A stretch of 64,000 nt of DNA, taken from an uncultured delta proteobacterium. Its GTDB lineage: Bacteria > Myxococcota_A > Polyangia > Polyangiales > B10-G4. The notes beneath the pieces are model-generated. The model saw only the letters and a list, made by a program, of their open reading frames with translations, had not been told where the DNA came from and searched no databases. Position 1 is the first letter of the stretch, and each line of letters starts with the position of its first letter. Shown here one piece after another: positions 19,573-29,064 of the stretch. The position numbers were made by a program, and so were the translations under genes. The stretch lies in NCBI GenBank assembly GCA_963727445.1, contig CAVSGI010000027.1:224001-288000 (forward strand), read 5' to 3'.

Positions 19573-20820
19573 ATGACCGCTCTACCCCTCGCGCCACCTG
19601 CCGGAATGCGGGACCTCTTGCACCCGCGCGCGGAAGCGCGTGGTGCGCTCGGGTCCGAGCTCGGGAGTCTCTTTGCGGCGCATGGCTACGACCTGGTGGT
19701 GACGCCGCCCTTCGAGCACGCAGAGGTCCTCGAGCGCGGTCTGGTGCAGCTCGACCGCCGTGATCTGTTGCGCTTCGTCGAGCCCGAGTCCGGTGAGGTA
19801 GCCCTTCTCCGGCCGGACATCACGCCGCAGATCGCGCGCGTGGTCGCCACGCGGATCGCGGATCTGCCACCGCCCTTCCGGCTTCGTTATCGAGGCACGG
19901 TGATCCGGCGGCGGCGCGGGCGCGCGCGCAAGCACCGACAGATCGTGCAGGTCGGCGTCGAGCACATCGGGGAGGCGAGCGCCGTCGCCGACGTCGAGAT
20001 CGCCACCCTCGCCTGCCGTGCCGCCGAGGTCGCAGGGCTTTCGGCGTTTCGCCTCGAGCTTCGCTCGGTGCGTCTCGGCGGCACGCTCCTCTCGCGCCTG
20101 CCACCAGAGGCGCGGGACGACGCGGAGCAGGCCCTTTCGGGCAAGGAGACCGCGGAGCTCGCGCGCATTCTCGGCCGGGTCGAGGTCGACGACGAGACGC
20201 GACGCGGCCTCGACGCGCTGCCGCGCCTCTTCGGGGGTCGCGAGGTGCTGAGCGACGCGCGACGGCTGCTCCCCACCAGCGTCGTGGGCCCCTCCCTCGA
20301 TGCCCTCGAGGTGCTCGCCGCCGGCCTCGACGAGAGCGGCGTCGGCGAGCGCGTGATCGTCGACCTCGGGGAGACGCGGGGCATGGCCTATTACACCGGG
20401 CCGAGCTTCGTGCTTCTCGCGGAAGGCCCCGGCGAGCCGGTGGGCGGCGGCGGGCGCTACGACGAGCTGCTCGGCCGCTTCGGCGCGCCCCTGCCCGCGA
20501 CGGGCTTCGCCATGGACCTGGGCAACCTCGAGTGGGCGCTGGGCGGTCAGGCCGCCAGGCGACGGCGAAGCGTGCGTATCGCGTGCTTCGGGGAGACCGG
20601 TCGCGCGCTTGTCTCCGCGCTTCGCGAAGCGGGTGCGCAGGTGGCCGAGCTGGCGGGCAAGGACGAGGCGGCGGCGCTCGCCTTCGCCCGTGCCTGGGGC
20701 TACGATGCCGCGCTCGCGCTCGGCGAAGAGCACCGGGCGCTGCGGGTTCGGGACGGATCCGAGCGCGCGTTGGGCGACGAGGACGCGCTGGCTCTTCTGA
20801 GCTGGGCCGCTCCCGATTGA
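19573..20820 (+). CDS. hisZ: ATP phosphoribosyltransferase regulatory subunit
   Basis: PAGMRDL, TPPFE, LRPDITPQIAR, QVGVE, YYTG, GGGRYDELL; lies directly upstream of purA, a common arrangement. Confidence 0.88.
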   Translation: MTALPLAPPAGMRDLLHPRAEARGALGSELGSLFAAHGYDLVVTPPFEHAEVLERGLVQLDRRDLLRFVEPESGEVALLRPDITPQIARVVATRIADLPPPFRLRYRGTVIRRRRGRARKHRQIVQVGVEHIGEASAVADVEIATLACRAAEVAGLSAFRLELRSVRLGGTLLSRLPPEARDDAEQALSGKETAELARILGRVEVDDETRRGLDALPRLFGGREVLSDARRLLPTSVVGPSLDALEVLAAGLDESGVGERVIVDLGETRGMAYYTGPSFVLLAEGPGEPVGGGGRYDELLGRFGAPLPATGFAMDLGNLEWALGGQAARRRRSVRIACFGETGRALVSALREAGAQVAELAGKDEAAALAFARAWGYDAALALGEEHRALRVRDGSERALGDEDALALLSWAAPD

Positions 20821-20834
20821 GAGAGGACGAACCG

Positions 20835-22109
20835 ATGTCGGTGGTGTGTGTGGTCGGAGCGCAGTGGGGCGACGAGGGCAAGGGGAAGGTCGTCGACCTC
20901 TACGCCCAATACGCCGAGGTGGTGGTGCGCTACGGAGGCGGCGCCAACGCAGGGCACACCCTCGTGGTCGGCGGCGACAAGGTCGTCCTCCATCTCGTGC
21001 CTTCCGGGGCGCTGCAGCCCGCGGCGCAATGCGTCATCGGCCAGGGGACGGTGGTGGACCCGAAGGTGCTCATCGCCGAGCTCGACGAGCTGGCCCGGCG
21101 CGACCTCGACCCGTCGCGCGTCTTCGTCAGCGACCGCGCGCACGTCGTGCTTCCACAACACATGCTGGTCGACGGGCTCCGCGAGGCGGGGGCCGGCGCC
21201 ATCGGGACCACCAAGCGCGGCATCGGCCCCGCCTACGAAGACAAGGTCGCACGCCGCGGGGTGCGGGTGGGCGACCTCCTCGCGCCCGCGCGCCTGGCCG
21301 AGCGCGTCGAAGCGAACGTGGCCGCGTGGAAACCCGTCATCGAGAGCCTCGGTGGCGAGGTACCGGACGCCAAGGAGATCAGCGACGCCTACGCCGCCTA
21401 CGGCGAACGGCTCGCGCCGCACGTGCGCGACACGGCGACGCTGCTCTGGGATGCGATCGAGGGCGGCAAGAACGTGCTCCTCGAAGGCGCCCAGGGCGCG
21501 ATGCTCGACATCGACCACGGCACCTATCCCTACGTGACGAGCTCGACCGTCCTCGCGGGCGGCGCCTGCGCCGGTGCCGGCATCGGCCCCCTCGCCATCG
21601 ACCGCGTGGTGGGCATCACCAAGGCCTACACCACCCGGGTGGGCGGCGGCCCCTTCCCCACCGAGCTCCACGGCGAGATGGGCGAGACGCTGCGCAAAGC
21701 TGGCAACGAGTTCGGCGCCACCACGGGCAGGCCGCGTCGCTGCGGCTGGCTCGACATGCCCGCGCTGCGCTTCGCGGCGCGCGTGAACGGTCTGACGGAG
21801 CTGGCCGTGACCAAGCTCGACATTCTCACGGGCCTCGGAGACATCCAGGTCTGCACCCACTACGAGGGACCCGGCGCAGAGCGCCACGACATCCCGCCCT
21901 ACGACGGCCTCGACGCGCTCACGCCGATCTACGAAACGCTGCCCGGCTGGGACGAGGACCTCACCCGCTGCCAGACGATCGACGACCTCCCGAAGAACGC
22001 GAGCGCCTACGTCCGCCGCATCGCTGAGCTCTCCGGCGTGAAGGTCGGCATGGTCGGCGTCGGCGCCGACCGCGCGCAGACGCTACGGCTCCGCGATCCA
22101 TTCGCTTGA
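20835..22109 (+). CDS. purA: Adenylosuccinate synthetase
   Basis: GAQWGDEGKGK, GGANAGHT, IGTTKRGIGP, EGAQG, GTYPYVTSS, TTGRPRRCGW. Confidence 0.97.
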   Translation: MSVVCVVGAQWGDEGKGKVVDLYAQYAEVVVRYGGGANAGHTLVVGGDKVVLHLVPSGALQPAAQCVIGQGTVVDPKVLIAELDELARRDLDPSRVFVSDRAHVVLPQHMLVDGLREAGAGAIGTTKRGIGPAYEDKVARRGVRVGDLLAPARLAERVEANVAAWKPVIESLGGEVPDAKEISDAYAAYGERLAPHVRDTATLLWDAIEGGKNVLLEGAQGAMLDIDHGTYPYVTSSTVLAGGACAGAGIGPLAIDRVVGITKAYTTRVGGGPFPTELHGEMGETLRKAGNEFGATTGRPRRCGWLDMPALRFAARVNGLTELAVTKLDILTGLGDIQVCTHYEGPGAERHDIPPYDGLDALTPIYETLPGWDEDLTRCQTIDDLPKNASAYVRRIAELSGVKVGMVGVGADRAQTLRLRDPFA

Positions 22110-22112
22110 GCG

Positions 22113-22499
22113 CTACGCCACCACCGCGATGGCGTCCACCTCGACCAGCACGTTCTTCGGCAGGCGGCTGACCTCTACCGTGGCGCGGGCGGGCGGCGCG
22201 TCGCCGAAGACGCCGCCGTAGACCTCGTTCACCACGGCGAAGTCGTCCATGTCGGCGAGGAAGATGGTGGTCTTGACGACGGTGGCGAAGCTCGCGCCGC
22301 CTGCGTTCAGGACGGCTTCGAGGTTCTTCAGCACGCGCTCGGTCTGTGCGCGCACGTCGCCCTCGCCCACCAGCTCGCCGCTCGCGGGGTCGAGGGCGAT
22401 CTGGCCCGAACAGAAGAGGAGCCCGCCGGCGCGGATGGCTTGAGAATAGGGACCGATGGCCGCGGGGGCGTCCTCGGTGGCGATTGGCTCGCGATTCAT
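22113..22499 (-). CDS. ridA: RidA/YjgF family enamine/imine deaminase
   Basis: APAAIGPYSQA, SGQIALDP, PPARATVEVSRLP, VEVDAIA. Confidence 0.92.
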   Translation of the reverse strand: MNREPIATEDAPAAIGPYSQAIRAGGLLFCSGQIALDPASGELVGEGDVRAQTERVLKNLEAVLNAGGASFATVVKTTIFLADMDDFAVVNEVYGGVFGDAPPARATVEVSRLPKNVLVEVDAIAVVA

Positions 22500-22548
22500 G
22501 GCGCGGATGGTAGACCCGGACCAGGAAGAGTAGAAGGTCGACGAAACG

Positions 22549-24204
22549 ATGGCATTGCCGCTCGCCGATGCGCTCCTCGGGCCCGTGCTGGGCCTGCTCC
22601 TGGTAGCGCTCCTGCCCTTCGCGACCGGGCACCTCCTCGCGTGGGCCTATCTGGGCGACCTGCCGCCCGACGGCGAAGCCCGACGCCGCCGGCTCGTCCC
22701 CTTTCGCCGTGCCGCCCTCCTCTCCGGGCTCGCGCAGGTGCAGCTCGCGTGGATCCTCGGGGTCACCCGTCTCGGCCCGACCCTCGTCGACGAACCCGGC
22801 GGCGCGTGGAGCCTGCTCCTCGGCGCCGTCTACGCGAGCACCGCCTTTCTGAGCGGCGGTCTGGTGCGACGTCTCGAAGAGCCCCCACAGAGGCGCCGGA
22901 GCGCGCGCGCTGCGCTGATGCTGCGCCTGAGGCTCATCCCCTTTCTCGCCGCGCCGGTCGCGGTCGGGATCGCCACCACCCAGCTCCCCCTGATCCACGA
23001 TGACGGCGGCGACACGGCGGTCGCCTGGGGGTGGGTCGCGCTCGCCCTCGCGATCTGCTTCGCTGGCGTCGCGTACGGTGGGCTCATCCTCGCGCTCCTC
23101 ACCCGCTCCCTTCGCCCGGCCACGCCGCCGCTGCGCGCGCAGGTCGCCGCCGCCGCGAAGCGCGAGGGGATCGACCGCGTCCTCGCGCTCTGCCTCCCCA
23201 CCGGTGACGCGCCCTTCGTCAACGCCGCCGCGCTCCCATGGGCGCGCACGGTCGTGGTCACTGAAGCGGCGCAGCACCACCTCACGACCGAGGAGCTCGA
23301 CGGAGTCCTCGCACACGAAGCCGCACACTTGAGCGAAGGCCCGCAGGTCGCCTTCCTGCGCTTGTCGGCGGCCGCCCTCGTTCTCTTCGCACTCATGCCG
23401 GGCCTCGCCATCGCCTTCGGGCTCGGCTGGGATCGGAGCAGCATCCCCTACCTCGGCCTCTTCGCGATCGCCGGCCTCGCCTTCGTGAACGCGCGCCGCA
23501 TCGCTCGGCGGATGGAGGAGCGCGCCGACGCGCACGCGTGCGAGCACCTGGGCGGCGCGCCGCTGGCCTCCGCCCTGCGGCGCCTCTCCGCCCTGATGCA
23601 GCGGCCCATGGTCTCCGGAGGCAAGCGCATCCACCCTGGCCTGTGGGATCGACTCCGCGCCCTGGGCGACGACCCGGGCCCCAAGCCCGAGCCTCTGCCC
23701 AAGACGCCCGGGCTCTTCTTCGGGCTCGCGCTCTTCGTCGCCTACCTCGGCGCCCCGCTCCTGGTCTCGTATCTCACGAACACCACCGCCGCATCGATTC
23801 CGACCCTCGGCATCTCCGCGGCCAAGTCGCGACTGCTCATCGACCCCTGGGATGCGGAAGCGATGCTCGCGCTGGGCTGGCGGGCGCGCGAGGACGGCGC
23901 CCTCGAGGTGGCCTGGGCTCGCGCCGAGACGGCGGGGCGCATGAGCCCCGATCCCCAGGCCTACTACCTGCTCGTCTCGGAGCTCTCGGCCGCGGGTGGA
24001 GACTGCGAGGGCGCGAAGGAAGCTTTCGAGGCGAGCCTGAGGGCCGAAGCCGCCGAAGCGTTCGGCGACCCCTTCGGCGATCTCTCCCTCGGCAACTACA
24101 CCCTGCCGCCGACCCTGGTGACGGACTGTGAGCTCCCGCCGGGCGAGGTCTTCGGCGAGGAGTCGGTCGACCTCGAGCTCGAGCTCGAGCTCAGCGCCCC
24201 TTGA
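22549..24204 (+). CDS. M48-family (HtpX/Ste24-like) membrane zinc metalloprotease with TPR-like C-terminus
   Basis: NAAAL, LDGVLAHEAAH (HExxH), EERAD, HPGLWDRL; multiple TM helices. Confidence 0.8.
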   Translation: MALPLADALLGPVLGLLLVALLPFATGHLLAWAYLGDLPPDGEARRRRLVPFRRAALLSGLAQVQLAWILGVTRLGPTLVDEPGGAWSLLLGAVYASTAFLSGGLVRRLEEPPQRRRSARAALMLRLRLIPFLAAPVAVGIATTQLPLIHDDGGDTAVAWGWVALALAICFAGVAYGGLILALLTRSLRPATPPLRAQVAAAAKREGIDRVLALCLPTGDAPFVNAAALPWARTVVVTEAAQHHLTTEELDGVLAHEAAHLSEGPQVAFLRLSAAALVLFALMPGLAIAFGLGWDRSSIPYLGLFAIAGLAFVNARRIARRMEERADAHACEHLGGAPLASALRRLSALMQRPMVSGGKRIHPGLWDRLRALGDDPGPKPEPLPKTPGLFFGLALFVAYLGAPLLVSYLTNTTAASIPTLGISAAKSRLLIDPWDAEAMLALGWRAREDGALEVAWARAETAGRMSPDPQAYYLLVSELSAAGGDCEGAKEAFEASLRAEAAEAFGDPFGDLSLGNYTLPPTLVTDCELPPGEVFGEESVDLELELELSAP

Positions 24205-24973
24205 ATTCGGCGGGGCGCTTCGCGAGGAAGGCGTCCATACCCTCCTTCTGATCTTCGCTGGCGAAGCAGCCCGCGAAGAGGTCGACCTCGCGCGCGTTCG
24301 CGTCCGCGAGCTTCTGCCCCTCGCCTTCGAGGATCGCGCGCTTGGCGGCGGTCACGGCCAGCGGCCCCATCTCCGCGATTGTCTTCGCGGTGGCGCGCGC
24401 GGTCTCGAGGAGCGCGTCGGGCGCGACCACGCGGTTGACGAGCCCGATCCGCAGGGCCTCTTCGGCGTTCAACATCGCGCCGGTGTAGACCAGCTCCCGC
24501 GCCATGGCGACGCCCACTCGGCGCGCGAGGCGCTGGGTGCCGCCGAAGCCCGGGATGACGCCCAGCTTCACCTCGGGCTGGCCGAGCTTGGCCTTCTCGG
24601 AGGCGTAGATGAAGTCGCAGGCGAGCGCGAGCTCGCAACCACCGCCGAGGGCGAAGCCGTTCACCACGGCGATCACCGGACAGGGGAGCGACTCGATCAC
24701 GTCGAGGGCCTCGTGCCCCTCGGTCGCGAAGCGCTTCGCCTCGTCGGGGCCCATGTCCTTCATGGCGGCGATGTCGGCGCCGGCGACGAAGGCCTTGCCG
24801 GCGCCGGTGATCAGGAGACAACGCACCCCGTCGGTGCCTGCGGTCTGCTCCACCGCGCTCTTGATCTCGGCCAGCACGTCGGCGTTCAGAGCGTTCAGTG
24901 CATCGGGACGGTCGATGGTGAGGGTCGCGACGGGGCCCTCCACCTCGAAACGGACGTGCTTGCGCTCGCTCAT
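24191..24973 (-). CDS. crt: Enoyl-CoA hydratase (crotonase)
   Basis: [42 protein letters not shown]. Confidence 0.9.
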   Translation of the reverse strand: MSERKHVRFEVEGPVATLTIDRPDALNALNADVLAEIKSAVEQTAGTDGVRCLLITGAGKAFVAGADIAAMKDMGPDEAKRFATEGHEALDVIESLPCPVIAVVNGFALGGGCELALACDFIYASEKAKLGQPEVKLGVIPGFGGTQRLARRVGVAMARELVYTGAMLNAEEALRIGLVNRVVAPDALLETARATAKTIAEMGPLAVTAAKRAILEGEGQKLADANAREVDLFAGCFASEDQKEGMDAFLAKRPAEFKGR

Positions 24974-24974
24974 C

Positions 24975-25832
24975 TCAGCCCTCGTAGGTGTAGAAGCCGC
25001 GACCGCTCTTGCGTCCGAGCCAACCAGCGGCGACGTAGTTTCGGAGGATGGCCGGCGGGCGGTACTTGTCGTCGCCGAACTCGCGGTGGAGCACCTCGGC
25101 GATGAAGAGCACGGTGTCGAGGCCGATCAGATCGGAGAGCTCGAAGGGCCCCATCGGATGGTTGAGTCCGAGCTTGGCGCCGGTGTCGATGTCCTCGACC
25201 GTGCCCAGACCTTCCTGAAGGGCGAAGCACGCCTCGTTGAGGAAGGGGATCAGCATCCGGTTCACGATGAAGCCGGGCATGTCCTTGGTGGTGATGAGCG
25301 TCTTGCCCATCCGGTCCGCGAGCGTGCGCGTCGCCTGGTAGGTCTCGTCGCTGGTCTGCAAGGCGCGCACGATCTCCACCAGCTTCATGACCGGAACCGG
25401 ATTCATGAAGTGCATGCCGATCACCCGCTCGGGGCGCTTGGTCGCCGCCGCGAGCTTCGTCAGCGAGATGCTCGAGGTGTTGCTGGCGAGGATCGCGTCC
25501 TTCTTCATGGCGGCGTCGGCGTCCTCGAAGATCTTCGACTTGAGGCTCATCTCCTCAGTGGCCGCCTCGACCACGAAGTCCGCCTCCGCCAGGGCGGCGT
25601 AATCCCCCACGGGCTCGATGCGCCCGAGGATCGCATCGCGCTCCTTCGCGTCGAGCTTGCCTTTCTCGACCAATCGTCCGAGCGCGCGTTCGATGCGCCC
25701 CTTGCCCGTCTCGGCGAGGTCCTGGCTCGCGTCCTTGAGCAGCACGCGACAGCCCGATTGCGCAGCCACCTGCGCGATGCCCCGGCCCATCTGCCCGGCG
25801 CCGATCACTCCGAAGACCTCGATGTTCGCCAT
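24975..25832 (-). CDS. hbd: 3-hydroxybutyryl-CoA dehydrogenase
   Basis: GAGQMGRGIA, VEAATE, ASNTSSIS, GMHFMNPVPVM, PGFIVNR, NHPMGP; start MANIEV after a purine-rich RBS. Confidence 0.92.
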   Translation of the reverse strand: MANIEVFGVIGAGQMGRGIAQVAAQSGCRVLLKDASQDLAETGKGRIERALGRLVEKGKLDAKERDAILGRIEPVGDYAALAEADFVVEAATEEMSLKSKIFEDADAAMKKDAILASNTSSISLTKLAAATKRPERVIGMHFMNPVPVMKLVEIVRALQTSDETYQATRTLADRMGKTLITTKDMPGFIVNRMLIPFLNEACFALQEGLGTVEDIDTGAKLGLNHPMGPFELSDLIGLDTVLFIAEVLHREFGDDKYRPPAILRNYVAAGWLGRKSGRGFYTYEG

Positions 25833-25864
25833 GTCTCTTCTTCTCCTCGAACGGTGCCGACCGG

Positions 25865-27727
25865 TCAGCGCAGCGTCGCGCGACGACCGTCGATGCGTCG
25901 GGGCGCTCCGTAGCACCTCCAGCGCTCGTCGTCTTCCCGGCGCAGCCGGACCCGGGCCGCGTAGGCCCCCGGCTCCCCCGCCAGACCCTGGCCGATCTCG
26001 GCGAGATAGAGGTAGAGCGCGTCCGTTGGGTCGTCGACCAGGCCCAGCTCCTCCAGGCGCCGTCCGGCCTCGAGCGTGCCCTCTCTCAGGCGCAGCATCG
26101 CCGCCGCCAGCACCTCCGCGACGCGGCCCTTGGCGCTCGCGACCCGGCTCAGCAGCACGGTGAGCGAGCGCACGATACCCTCCCGGGTGCGGCCGAAGCT
26201 CTTTTCCCGCGCGGTGGCGAGGAGCCGGCGAGTCGCGTTGCGCCGCGCCCGCTCCGCCGCGTCGTCCGCCTCGCCCAGGTTCGCGCGCATCGCCTCGAGC
26301 ATCCGTTCGTCGTTGGCTCCGTACGGCAGCGGCACGACGTCGATCCCCAGAGGCCTGACGTCCGAGAGCGCCATCTGCAGCTCGGACCAGCGCCGCGCGA
26401 GAGGCGGCGCCATGCGACGGGGTGGGACGAGCTCGCCGTGCTCGGCCTCGATGCGCTTGGTCAGGCGCGCCATGCGCTCGTGGAGCTTGCGCCGGACGCG
26501 TGTCGGTCGCGGGCTCGCGAGGGCCGGATAGCACTCGCGCGGGATCGCGCCGATCGCCGCCTCGAGGGCGGCGAGCACCGTCACTGTCGCCATCCGGCCG
26601 CGGTCGAGAAGGCGGAAGGCCTCCACCACGAGCGACTGTCGCGCGCGCAGCTGTTCCATGAAGGCCTCGTCGGAGAGGCCGCGGAGGTCGACGGCGTCGA
26701 GCGCCGCGAGTCGGGTGACGGAGCTCTGCTCGAAGCGGCGGCAGGCAGCGAGGGGGGCCGCCACGTCAGCCGCGACCCGCGCCGCTCGCAGCGATGCCCG
26801 CGCCACCGAGACCGGCGCGCTCGGGCCGGTCGTTCTCGGATGACGGCTCCCTTCGAGTCGGCGGTAGGGCCGCGCGTAGATGCGCCGAACGGTGGCCTCG
26901 TCCGTGGGGTCCTCGTCGTCGCGTAGCGCCTTGTCGAGCGAATCGATGGCCATCGGCGCGACCGTCCCCTCGTCGGGCGCGACCAGCACCACGATGCGAA
27001 AGGGCGCTGGCGTGAAGGAGGGGCGGAGCGAGAGCGGTTCGACACCGGTCGCGGTGAATCGGCCACCCGAGCGGCACCAGGAGATCTCGGCGGGACGCCC
27101 CAGCACGAGCTGCGCGCGGTCGGCGAGGTCCGCGACCTTCGACGCGTCGAGATTGTCGAGGCTACCCTCCCCTCGATCGATCACCCGGATGGAACGCCGA
27201 TCTACGCGCCAAGGGTGAGCCGCCGACTCCCAGACCTTGATCTCGTCCGGGTCGCCCGTGATCGGATCGGCGCTCGCCGCCCGACCCGTCGGTCCGTCGT
27301 CGATGACGAGCACACGCACCGCGAGGCGTGTGAGGTTGCCCCCGAGCGCCGCGCGCACCTCCCGCGTGGCCACCGCGCGGACGAAGGCAGCGATGCGCGC
27401 GCCTCGATCGTCTCCGGGTGCGATCTCCACCACCATGCCGGGGCGTCGCTCGAAGCGCATCGCCACGGCACGGGTCGGGAACACCGGGGACAGAACCAAC
27501 CGCGCGCCCGCGCCACGCACGGACGCCACCGCGTCCTCGATGCGCTTCTGCGGATCGGTGCCGCGAAGGGTGACCAGCACCCCCTCCGACACCGGCACCC
27601 CGCCCTCCGACAGGCGCGCGAGGTCCACCGCCTCCTCCCCCCAGTCGGCGGCCTCCGCAATGCTCAGTCGTGACAGGGCCCTGAGGCCCTTCGGCAGCTC
27701 AGCTGCCGGCTGCGCGCTCTCGCCCAA
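25865..27727 (-). CDS. Degenerate PEP-synthase/PPDK-N plus rifampin-phosphotransferase-like middle-domain protein, with no phospho-His domain
   Basis: Eroded matches to family motifs (LARLSEGGVPVSEG; LGRPAEISWCRSGGRF; AGRRLEELGLVDDPTDALYL). Start abuts the thiolase stop codon. Confidence 0.55.
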   Translation of the reverse strand: MGESAQPAAELPKGLRALSRLSIAEAADWGEEAVDLARLSEGGVPVSEGVLVTLRGTDPQKRIEDAVASVRGAGARLVLSPVFPTRAVAMRFERRPGMVVEIAPGDDRGARIAAFVRAVATREVRAALGGNLTRLAVRVLVIDDGPTGRAASADPITGDPDEIKVWESAAHPWRVDRRSIRVIDRGEGSLDNLDASKVADLADRAQLVLGRPAEISWCRSGGRFTATGVEPLSLRPSFTPAPFRIVVLVAPDEGTVAPMAIDSLDKALRDDEDPTDEATVRRIYARPYRRLEGSRHPRTTGPSAPVSVARASLRAARVAADVAAPLAACRRFEQSSVTRLAALDAVDLRGLSDEAFMEQLRARQSLVVEAFRLLDRGRMATVTVLAALEAAIGAIPRECYPALASPRPTRVRRKLHERMARLTKRIEAEHGELVPPRRMAPPLARRWSELQMALSDVRPLGIDVVPLPYGANDERMLEAMRANLGEADDAAERARRNATRRLLATAREKSFGRTREGIVRSLTVLLSRVASAKGRVAEVLAAAMLRLREGTLEAGRRLEELGLVDDPTDALYLYLAEIGQGLAGEPGAYAARVRLRREDDERWRCYGAPRRIDGRRATLR

Positions 27728-28903
27728 TCACCGCTCGACGACGACCGCCAGGGCCTCGCCGCCACCGATGCAGAGGGTGGCGAGCCCGCGCTTCACGTCG
27801 CGGTCCGCCATCGCGTAGATCAGCGTCGTCAGGATCCGAGCGCCGCTGGCGCCGATCGGGTGGCCGAGGGCCACCGCCCCGCCGTGAACGTTGGTCTTGG
27901 CGAGATCGATCTCCGCCTTCTTCGCGCACGCCATGGTGACGCAGGAGAAGGCCTCGTTGATCTCGAAGAGGTCGACGTCCGACACGGAGAGCGACGTCTT
28001 GCTCAGGACCTTCTCGATGGCACCCACCGGGGCGGTGGTGAACCATTCGGGCGCCTGCGCGTGGCCGCCATAGCCGACGACGCGGGCCAAGGGGGTCAGT
28101 CTGTGCTTCTTCACCGCCTCGCCGCTGGCGAGGATCAGTGCCGATGCACCGTCGTTGATCTTGGAGGCGTTGGCCGCGGTGATCGTGCCTTCCTTGTCGA
28201 AGGCTGGACGCAGGCTCGCCATCTTGTCGAGGCGGGCGCGCTTCGGCTCCTCGTCCTCCGACACGGTGACGTCGCCCTTGCGGCCCTTGATGGTGACCGG
28301 GACGATCTCAGCCGCCAGCTTGCCCGCTTCCTGCGCGGCGAGGGCGCGCTCGTAGCTGTGCTTGGCGAAGTCGTCCTGGGCCTCGCGGCTGAAGTCGAGC
28401 TCGCGCGCGCAGAGCTCACCGGCCATGCCCATGTGGTAGTTCTCGTAGGGATCCCAGAGCCCGTCGTGGATCATCGAGTCGATGATCTGTCCGTTGCCCA
28501 TGCGGTAGCCGCCCCGCGCCTTCGGCAACAGGTACGGCGCGTTGGTCATCGACTCCATGCCGCCCGCGATCACCAGCTCCGCGTCGCCCAGGAGAATGCT
28601 CTTGGTGCCGAGCACCACGGACATCAGGCCGGAGCCGCAGACCTTGCTGACCGTGGTCGCCGGGACGTGGTCGGGCACCCCCGCCGCCTTGGCCGCCTGG
28701 CGCGCCGGCGCCTGGCCGATACCCGCGCTCAGCACGTTGCCCATGTAGGTCTCACCCACGTCGTCGGCGGAAACCCCCGCGCGCGAGAGCGCCTCCGAAA
28801 TCGCGGTTGCGCCGAGCGACACTGCGGTCGCACCCGCCAGCTCACCCTGAAACGCGCCGATGGGAGTACGAGCCGCACCGACGATGAAGACCTCTCGAGC
28901 CAT
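27728..28903 (-). CDS. Acetyl-CoA C-acetyltransferase (thiolase)
   Basis: ARTPIG, KVCGSG, GGMESM, NASKINDGA, NEAF, GHPIGASG, CIGGG; GGAGGA RBS before ATG 28903. Confidence 0.95.
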   Translation of the reverse strand: MAREVFIVGAARTPIGAFQGELAGATAVSLGATAISEALSRAGVSADDVGETYMGNVLSAGIGQAPARQAAKAAGVPDHVPATTVSKVCGSGLMSVVLGTKSILLGDAELVIAGGMESMTNAPYLLPKARGGYRMGNGQIIDSMIHDGLWDPYENYHMGMAGELCARELDFSREAQDDFAKHSYERALAAQEAGKLAAEIVPVTIKGRKGDVTVSEDEEPKRARLDKMASLRPAFDKEGTITAANASKINDGASALILASGEAVKKHRLTPLARVVGYGGHAQAPEWFTTAPVGAIEKVLSKTSLSVSDVDLFEINEAFSCVTMACAKKAEIDLAKTNVHGGAVALGHPIGASGARILTTLIYAMADRDVKRGLATLCIGGGEALAVVVER

Positions 28904-29064
28904 GCAATCCTCCAAAAAGGCACCCCGCGCGCCGACGTTCTCCGCCGGACGGGGACGATCTGCGGGGATTCTGTCATTCGGCCCGCGCAGGTGTCAACCA
29001 GTCGGTCCATCACCGGGCCACAAATCCCGGCAAAGTTGGGGGTCGGGGTACGGAGAGGGCGCTC

